A stretch of DNA of 64,000 nt, taken from NCBI GenBank assembly GCA_035527155.1, contig DATLBB010000074.1, positions 1,029-65,028 on the forward strand. Direction: 5' to 3'. Position numbers and translations under genes: made by a program. Each line of letters begins with the position of its first letter. Positions within the stretch are counted from its first letter, which is position 1. This stretch comes from Sedimentisphaerales bacterium (lineage in GTDB: Bacteria; Planctomycetota; Phycisphaerae; Sedimentisphaerales; Anaerobacaceae). Positions 51,417-57,675 of the stretch are shown here, in pieces. Under the pieces are notes generated by a model that saw nothing but the letters and a program-made list of their open reading frames with translations, was not told the DNA's origin and did no database searches.

Positions 51417-52487
51417 TTAATCCCTCTCATTCATCTCGCGCAAAACGTGGACAATTTCCTCTCTTGCTTCTTCAACATCTTTGTTCCCGCCGGCTGATAC
51501 ACACGATACTTCCTCATCCGGTAGGGTGGGTTTTAGCCCACAAATTATCGCAGTCGCTCGCTCGGAGATATTAGACATTATCTTTTGCACGAGCGAATAG
51601 TCGGCCCCGACCAATGCCAAGGCTAATTTCCTTTCATCAACTCGACTCAAGGCCCTTTGCAGCAATCTGTCAGCCACTTGCGGTATATCTTCCCAGAGTA
51701 TCGTAGGGGCGGTTCGTGAACTGCCCGTACTCCTCCTTTCACGACTCGACGACTCGACTGAGCTCGCCGAAGTTTGAGCTCGCCGAAGTCCGGCTTTGTC
51801 GTCTTTTCGCTGCACTGCACCAAGCAGACAATCTCGAAGCTCTCCGCCCAGGTTTCGCAAAATCACGGCGACCTTCCTTAAAGACCGTTCAAGGCGAGTT
51901 GGTAAAGCTTCACTTGTGTTATCGACCGTAACGGCATCGAGACGCTCGCACACCGTCTCTGCCATCCTCGCCTTTGCTTGCGCCGTCATATTCTCACAAG
52001 TGGTCATCCTGCTGACGACACTGAGCCGGATACCCTCGCCTAAAAGGTTGAGTACATCGGAGCTTTTCTTTGCCGGCAGTCCTGATAAAACGGCAGCAGC
52101 AGCCCGAGGGTGCTCTCTCTTCAGGACCGAGGCGAGCGTTCGCGAATCAACGAAGCGAATACGTGTAAAAGGGTCGCGTATCTGTAGCAAATTCCGTATC
52201 TGTGTCTGGATGTGCTCTGCTTTCTCATCGCCGACCGTACTTTTCAGCATTTCCTTCAAGAAGCTCTTATGTTGAAATCCTTCTTCGGCCTGAAGCGAAT
52301 TGCAAAACTGCCGGGCAACTTGGGTACTCTGCTTATCTCTGCGATAACCGGCGGCATCCAGATATGCCAATTCCATTGCCACTTCCTGAACAAGGTCGGG
52401 TTTAACACCTTTGAGCAGTTCAGCGGCAGTAGCAGCATCGAGGCTCATCAATAGCATCGCAGCTTTCTGTTTACCCGTCAATGCCAC
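51417..52487 (-). CDS. fliG: FliG paralogue (divergent C-terminal helix, internal insertion)
   Basis: GKQKAAMLLMSLDAATAAELLKGV, EHPR, ILWEDI. The torque-helix region reads ISERATAIICGLKPTL. There is an extra segment of roughly 22 aa within AGLRRAQTSASSVESSSRERRSTGSSRTAP. Confidence 0.85.
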   Translation of the reverse strand: MALTGKQKAAMLLMSLDAATAAELLKGVKPDLVQEVAMELAYLDAAGYRRDKQSTQVARQFCNSLQAEEGFQHKSFLKEMLKSTVGDEKAEHIQTQIRNLLQIRDPFTRIRFVDSRTLASVLKREHPRAAAAVLSGLPAKKSSDVLNLLGEGIRLSVVSRMTTCENMTAQAKARMAETVCERLDAVTVDNTSEALPTRLERSLRKVAVILRNLGGELRDCLLGAVQRKDDKAGLRRAQTSASSVESSSRERRSTGSSRTAPTILWEDIPQVADRLLQRALSRVDERKLALALVGADYSLVQKIMSNISERATAIICGLKPTLPDEEVSCVSAGGNKDVEEAREEIVHVLREMNERD

Positions 52488-52491
52488 TTAC

Positions 52492-53997
52492 TTAAGCCTC
52501 CCTTTCTTCGATCCAACTGGCAAACACTTGCCTGACCTGGCCAGGTTTACTCCGCAAGGCATCAGCTATTTGTCTACGCAACACTAATGACTCAGGTTTC
52601 TCACCTCCAGATGGAAGAAGGCCACCAGGTCCGGCAGCCCCGGGCAATTGCCCTGCCTCCGATGTAACCTTTCTCCTGGCACCTCTGAACATCCGAAGAA
52701 CAAGCAGCGCACAAACGGCCATAATCCCCAAAGATGTATGGCGAGCAATTGCCATATAACGAGGCCAATTGGACGGTTCCTGGTCAACGAGCGCATCAAC
52801 ATCAGGGCGATGAAACTTGACGTTAACCACTTTCAGCGAGGCATTCTCCTTAAGACCAAGTGCATTTCTAATAATCTGTTCCACATCAGATAACTCCATT
52901 ATCATTGCGCTACCGCCGCCGGCCCCTCCTTCATTGGCATCGGCCACCGATAAGTCAACAAAAGCAGCAACGGAAAGAGACCTTATTTCGCCAGGCAGAA
53001 CAATCTCCTGCTTCACAGTTCTTCCAACCTCGTATTCTGTAATAATTGTTTCGTCCTTCTTTGTGCTGCCGGTTGCAGCCGGCGAGCCGGACGCTGACGC
53101 AGTCCCGGGCTCTGTCTCCGAACCAGTTGTAATCTCTTCCTTCGAGGCTACTTTTGCGATTGGGTCGTAAGTTTCCGTTGCTATATTGACGCTGTTCATA
53201 TCAATAACGGCACTGACCCTCACGGTTGCCCGGCCAGGGCCTAAAACAGCGGTGAGCATATCTTCGACCTTGTTGGCCAAATTCTGCTCCACCCTCTCCC
53301 TGTAATCCTGAACGGTCCCCGCCCCGCTGGCCAGAGTTTGGTCCGACTGACTCGAAAGAAGACGTCCCTGACCGTCTATCACGGTTACATTTTCAAATGT
53401 CAGTCCCTCAACACTGCCGGACACTAAATGTGTAATTGCCGCAATGTTCAAGGAGCTTAATCTGTAACCCGGCTTTAGTCGAAGAACCACTGAAGCAGTG
53501 GTCTTACCGGCCTCAGGTGTAAAAAGCGTCTGCTCAGAGGTTACAATATGGACTCGCGAGTGAACAACCCCATCTATCATTTGGATACTCTTGGCAAGTT
53601 CTTCCTGCAGTGCCCGCTTGAGGTTAACGTTTTGAACGAATGGGCTGACGCCGATTTTTTCATTATCAAATATTTTGTAACCACCCTGCTCACCTACAGG
53701 AAGTCCCTCTCTTGCCATATCCAGACGAAGCTGGTAGACCTTTTCTTTCGGAACGTAGATACTTGTCCCGCCATTTCGCAATTCGTAAACGATAGACTTG
53801 TCATTGATTTTTTCCGTAATCTTGGACGCTTCTTCCGGGGACAGTTGCTGATAGAGCATTCTCAGGTCCGGTCGTCGTGCCCAGTTAGTGAGCAGCGCAC
53901 CAATCACAATAAAGGTCAGAACAATGGCAATCAACAAAGCCCGCTGAACAAGGCTTACCTTTTGCCAAACTGCTGCTATCTTCTGAAAAAAGTTCAT
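52492..53997 (-). CDS. fliF: MS-ring protein FliF
   Basis: N-terminal TM segment, LRMLYQQLSPEEASKITEKINDKSIVYELRNGGTSIYVPKEKVYQLRLDMAREGLP, and a second TM segment near the C-terminus. Confidence 0.9.
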   Translation of the reverse strand: MNFFQKIAAVWQKVSLVQRALLIAIVLTFIVIGALLTNWARRPDLRMLYQQLSPEEASKITEKINDKSIVYELRNGGTSIYVPKEKVYQLRLDMAREGLPVGEQGGYKIFDNEKIGVSPFVQNVNLKRALQEELAKSIQMIDGVVHSRVHIVTSEQTLFTPEAGKTTASVVLRLKPGYRLSSLNIAAITHLVSGSVEGLTFENVTVIDGQGRLLSSQSDQTLASGAGTVQDYRERVEQNLANKVEDMLTAVLGPGRATVRVSAVIDMNSVNIATETYDPIAKVASKEEITTGSETEPGTASASGSPAATGSTKKDETIITEYEVGRTVKQEIVLPGEIRSLSVAAFVDLSVADANEGGAGGGSAMIMELSDVEQIIRNALGLKENASLKVVNVKFHRPDVDALVDQEPSNWPRYMAIARHTSLGIMAVCALLVLRMFRGARRKVTSEAGQLPGAAGPGGLLPSGGEKPESLVLRRQIADALRSKPGQVRQVFASWIEEREA

Positions 53998-54078
53998 TAA
54001 AACCCTTTGGTTATTGTTCAGCCATTACAAAAAGTCCGCAGGAAAATCCGACTCGTATGCAGGCACAACGGGAATCCA

Positions 54079-54441
54079 TCATAACTGCATGTTCATAGTT
54101 TGCTTGTAGGCCTCAATTAATTTGTTTCTAACGCCCACAAGAAGCTTAAAACTCATGTCAGCTTTAGCCGCCGCTGAGACCACCGAGATAATATCCTCAT
54201 TTTTGCCGGACAATAAATCCTTTATGGACATATCTGAAGACTGTTGAATTTCGTCAACCCTGGATATGTATTTCTCAATAGCCTTAACGGTATTATCAAA
54301 ATTCAACTTCTTTGTATTGGCATTGTCCGCCTTTGTCATCCCGATGGAACCGGGAGTGTTCCTTTGCAAAACCGAGTTTTGTCCCCAAAGGTCCTTTATC
54401 GCTTTTGGGGCCCCACTTATATTGGCGTTTGGATTAATCAT
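54079..54441 (-). CDS. fliE: Basal-body protein FliE
   Basis: C-terminus DIISVVSAAAKADMSFKLLVGVRNKLIEAYKQTMNMQL. Confidence 0.85.
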   Translation of the reverse strand: MINPNANISGAPKAIKDLWGQNSVLQRNTPGSIGMTKADNANTKKLNFDNTVKAIEKYISRVDEIQQSSDMSIKDLLSGKNEDIISVVSAAAKADMSFKLLVGVRNKLIEAYKQTMNMQL

Positions 54442-54456
54442 TGCTTACTCCCCGGC

Positions 54457-54861
54457 TTATCTAAGTAATTCCAGTGTAGTTTCTACCATTTGCTGATAGC
54501 GTTTGAGAATCGCCGCGTTGGCCTTATACGCCCGTGTTGCAATAGTCAAATTCATCATCTCTATGGGCAAATTAACATTGGGCATCGCAACATAACCATA
54601 TTGGTCTGCCTTCGGGTTACCGGGGTCGAAAATCCTCTGAAAATCGCTCATATCCATAAGTATCTCGCCCAGGCTAACGCCCCCGATACCACCGTCCTCT
54701 GCTTCAAACACCGCCTCAAGCCTGCGGTAAGGCTGGCCGTTGCCGACGTCGGTTGTACGAGCGTTGGCAACGTTTGATGAAATCACTTCTATCTGTTTGC
54801 TCTGGGCCCGCAAGCCGGAAATCGCTATATCTACAGGACCGAAGGTATTATTAACTTCCAT
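54457..54861 (-). CDS. flgC: Proximal rod protein FlgC
   Basis: ISGLRAQSKQIEVISSNVANARTTD...YVAMPNVNLPIEMMNLTIATRAYKANAAILK. ATG 54861 (GAAGGA upstream) is preferred over 54945. Confidence 0.9.
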   Translation of the reverse strand: MEVNNTFGPVDIAISGLRAQSKQIEVISSNVANARTTDVGNGQPYRRLEAVFEAEDGGIGGVSLGEILMDMSDFQRIFDPGNPKADQYGYVAMPNVNLPIEMMNLTIATRAYKANAAILKRYQQMVETTLELLR

Positions 54862-54986
54862 CTGCTTTATCCTTCCCATTTTCGCAATGATTATTGATAA
54901 ATGATTGTTTGGTCCTGCCTTTTCACCCCGTGAGATAAGCTTCACTATCTAACGGGCTTCACTAATCAATAATCCTTTATCCTTAA

Positions 54987-55346
54987 TCATTTTACGCCTA
55001 TTGCCAATTCTATTTGGCTGTACTTCTTGTTTAGCAGCCGAATATACGCCTTGTAACGAAGGGTATTTTTGACCATTTGTCCCACTTCACCTTCCAAACT
55101 AACATCATTGCCGTTTGATTTTATCGGCGTTTGTTTGGGCTGATGAATCTGCGGCTCAACTTCACTCATATCAACGACACCAGGCGAATTCAGAGCCTTT
55201 GCAAGTAACTCTTCGAACTTGACATCGATTCTGCGGTATCCCGGAGTCTCAAGATTGGCAATATTATTGGCGATGGCCCTCTGACGAAGGCTTTCGGCCC
55301 TTATGCCGGCCTCAATTAAATCGACTATACTGCTCGTTTTAGACAT
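54987..55346 (-). CDS. flgB: Proximal rod protein FlgB
   Basis: RQRAIANNIANLETPGYRRIDVKFEE...VSLEGEVGQMVKNTLRYKAYIRLL. Confidence 0.9.
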   Translation of the reverse strand: MSKTSSIVDLIEAGIRAESLRQRAIANNIANLETPGYRRIDVKFEELLAKALNSPGVVDMSEVEPQIHQPKQTPIKSNGNDVSLEGEVGQMVKNTLRYKAYIRLLNKKYSQIELAIGVK

Positions 55347-55367
55347 CCTTGTTCCCTGATATCCCTG

Positions 55368-55410
55368 CCCGTCTTGGCTCGGCCCGTCTTGGCTCGGCTC
55401 GTCTTAGCGC
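55368..55410. repeat. 15-nt tandem repeat in the flgB leader
   Basis: CCCGTCTTGGCTCGG at 55368-55382 and 55383-55397, then the partial unit CTCGTCTTAGCGC. Confidence 0.8.
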
Positions 55411-55480
55411 AAGAAACCACAGCCATACCAAGCCGAGACAGGCACAAACCTTCACTTTTCAAGAAATATCAGCAATAATC

Positions 55481-55496
55481 GTGCCAGGTACTTACA
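55481..55496 (-). promoter_or_regulatory. Sigma-54 promoter (TGGCAC-GATTA-TTGCT) for the flgB operon
   Basis: Perfect consensus on the minus strand, 135 nt upstream of the flgB ATG. Confidence 0.7.
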
Positions 55497-55816
55497 GCCG
55501 GCCGTTTTCAATCCGTTAACCGGCTTAACTTTGCTAAAAACCGCCTAAAACTCAAATAACCGCCTATTTACTGCTTCACACAGACGTCCGGTTTCTATAC
55601 AAGCGCGTGGTTTTTTTAACAGGCCCACACCCGCCCGCCGTAACGCCTTTTCCCTGCACCTCAATTGAGCCGGAAATTCTTTCCCTTCCTAAGGAATATT
55701 TCTCCGCAACAACAGCTAACAGCCGGTCATTTAGGACCAATCGTTATCTTTTCAATTTCCATAAATCCTTTATTATTAGGCAGTTATCATCTAACAAAAG
55801 CCTTTTTTGCGACTAC

Positions 55817-55832
55817 TGGCACGCCGCTTGCT
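55817..55832 (+). promoter_or_regulatory. Sigma-54 promoter (TGGCAC-GCCGC-TTGCT) for fliK
   Basis: Perfect consensus, 34 nt upstream of ATG 55866 and divergent from the flgB promoter. Confidence 0.7.
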
Positions 55833-55865
55833 CAAAATACATTGGTTTTTTATAGGGATTGCTGT

Positions 55866-57581
55866 ATGAACAGCCACTTGTTGGCAATTGATAATATGTT
55901 CGCAAAAACAAGCGCTGCCGGTCCAGTTCCGTCAAAGCCCGCAGCAGTCAACAAAAGCGAGCAATTTTCCCCAAATCCACTTGATAATGCACCTTTCAGT
56001 AATGACCGTGGAACAATAACGGTCGACAATACCTTTGTTACTCCCCAAAACGGGCTCAAGAATGAACCTTCGCGACAGTTTAGCCATACGCTTCGCAAGG
56101 AAATTACGACTAAAGTGCCCCAGAAAGCTAATGATAGCCGAAATGCAAAAGGGCAAAACCAGGCCGTCCAGCCAGGCATAGCCCAGCTTTGGTTGGCTCA
56201 ATACTCCTTAAACACGGAGCAAGGCAAAGAAGGAATTGCCAGAAAAGTAGGGCCTAAGGCCGGATATGAACTTGCCCAAATGCTGACCAACTTAAGACCG
56301 GACATAATTCCTTCCGGAGCCGGAAAAACTGCCAAACTACACAAAAACGAAGCCCTTTTAACCATAGACCAAGGCCAAATCGGGTTCAAAGCCACTTCAC
56401 ATATGACTTCCAATCAAGGTGGAAACACGAGCACAATACAGTCATCCAACAGAACATTACTTATGACAAAAGGCCTTAACAGCCAGGAAAACGGCAAAGA
56501 ATTGATCCCTGAAACTCTTGTTGAAGCCGGCAACAAAATAACCACTGCCAGTAACAAACCTGCCATCGCAGGCAAGCCAGTCGTTGGCGACGGCCAGAAA
56601 GTATCGACATTGAATCCCAACTCCCCACCGGTTCAGGACAAATCCTCTGATCTTCAGTCCCAACTTGTCGGGCTTGGTCCGGAAAAATCGCCACTAATGG
56701 CCGAAAAGGCAGTATTGAATCCCAACTCCCCGCCGGTTCAGGACAAATCCTCCGGTCTTCAGTCTCAACTTGTCGGGCTTGGTCCGGAAAAATCGCCACT
56801 AATGGCCGAAAAAGCAGTTGACATCAAAATCAATCCCGTTCTGCAAGATCAAGTAGTCTCCGACGATGGCGTAAAGCAGGGCGACAAATCCCCAGCGAAC
56901 CATGCCTTCCAGATGCTGCATCGTCCGCAACTCCAGGTATCCACCGGCCAAATAAAAGACCGCGGCAGCTCGACCTCCAATAATAGCTCCAATTCAGGTT
57001 TCGAGCAGATGCTCTCTGCTAATAACGCCCAGAGTGCCATTGCAGAGCAATCATCCGCGTTTCCCGAGGCCGCAAAGGCCGATAATCTGCCATCTCAGAC
57101 TTCGCCCAGCACTGACTCTGCGAGCATTACCGACCAGATTCTGGAATCTATTCACAGCTCTTTACGCCAAGGCGACCAGCAAATCAGCATCCGGCTCAAT
57201 CCACCTGAGTTGGGGAAGGTATTGATAGAATTCAAGCAGCAGGAACACGAAATCACCGGCTTATTGGAAGTCAGCAAGATACAAACCAAATATGAGGTTG
57301 AGCAGGCACTGCCGCAGATAATCCAAAACCTTGCAGATTGCGGCATCGAGATAAAGCGGCTGGAAGTCATGCTATCTGATGGGGAACAATCAGAGCAACA
57401 GGCCCTTAAAGACCAATCGCTACAAGACGGCTGGGCCCAGCAACAAGACCCGGCGAATCAAAGTGCGGGGGCAAACAACACACCTGCCAACGAAAGGCTG
57501 ACAAACGACAATAGTTACGCCGGATTAAACGAACTACAGGAGATGTTTGTCACCAATCATTCAATAAACATACTGATATAA
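55866..57581 (+). CDS. fliK: Hook-length control protein FliK
   Basis: C-terminal Flg_hook-type domain QQISIRLNPPELGKVLIEFKQQEHEITGLLEVSKIQTKYEVEQALPQIIQNLADCGIEIKRLEV, with a long Pro/Gln/Ser-rich ruler region. ATG 55866 was chosen because the sigma-54 promoter lies inside the longer ORF that starts at 55665. Confidence 0.75.
   Translation: MNSHLLAIDNMFAKTSAAGPVPSKPAAVNKSEQFSPNPLDNAPFSNDRGTITVDNTFVTPQNGLKNEPSRQFSHTLRKEITTKVPQKANDSRNAKGQNQAVQPGIAQLWLAQYSLNTEQGKEGIARKVGPKAGYELAQMLTNLRPDIIPSGAGKTAKLHKNEALLTIDQGQIGFKATSHMTSNQGGNTSTIQSSNRTLLMTKGLNSQENGKELIPETLVEAGNKITTASNKPAIAGKPVVGDGQKVSTLNPNSPPVQDKSSDLQSQLVGLGPEKSPLMAEKAVLNPNSPPVQDKSSGLQSQLVGLGPEKSPLMAEKAVDIKINPVLQDQVVSDDGVKQGDKSPANHAFQMLHRPQLQVSTGQIKDRGSSTSNNSSNSGFEQMLSANNAQSAIAEQSSAFPEAAKADNLPSQTSPSTDSASITDQILESIHSSLRQGDQQISIRLNPPELGKVLIEFKQQEHEITGLLEVSKIQTKYEVEQALPQIIQNLADCGIEIKRLEVMLSDGEQSEQQALKDQSLQDGWAQQQDPANQSAGANNTPANERLTNDNSYAGLNELQEMFVTNHSINILI
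56610..56819 (+). repeat. 2 x 105-bp in-frame tandem duplication in the fliK ruler region
   Basis: Units at 56610-56714 and 56715-56819 differ at about 5 positions. They encode LNPNSPPVQDKSS(D/G)LQSQLVGLGPEKSPLMAEKAV twice. Confidence 0.95.
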
Positions 57582-57675
57582 ACAAATCTAAAAAACTTTC
57601 CGTCTATCACGAGCAACTTTATAGCAGATAGACAGAGATTTTGATTAAGCTGGCTTTTTTGTAAGAAAGGTCCGG

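Noticed and set aside
1457-55865. Longest-ORF N-terminal extensions at 1457 (CBS), 9269, 13190 (flhA), 15264 (fliL), 20786, 27507 (flgG), 50484 (fliH), 54945 (flgC) and 55665 (fliK)
   Set aside because: Each extension overlaps the upstream gene or a promoter and lacks a Shine-Dalgarno sequence. An internal ATG with a GGAG/AAGGAG-type site gives the conserved family N-terminus.
56610-56819. Tandem repeats here, at 28-188 and at 55368-55410 considered as CRISPR arrays
   Set aside because: The units abut directly with no unique spacers, there are only 2-4 copies, and two of the three are in frame within coding sequence. No cas genes are present.
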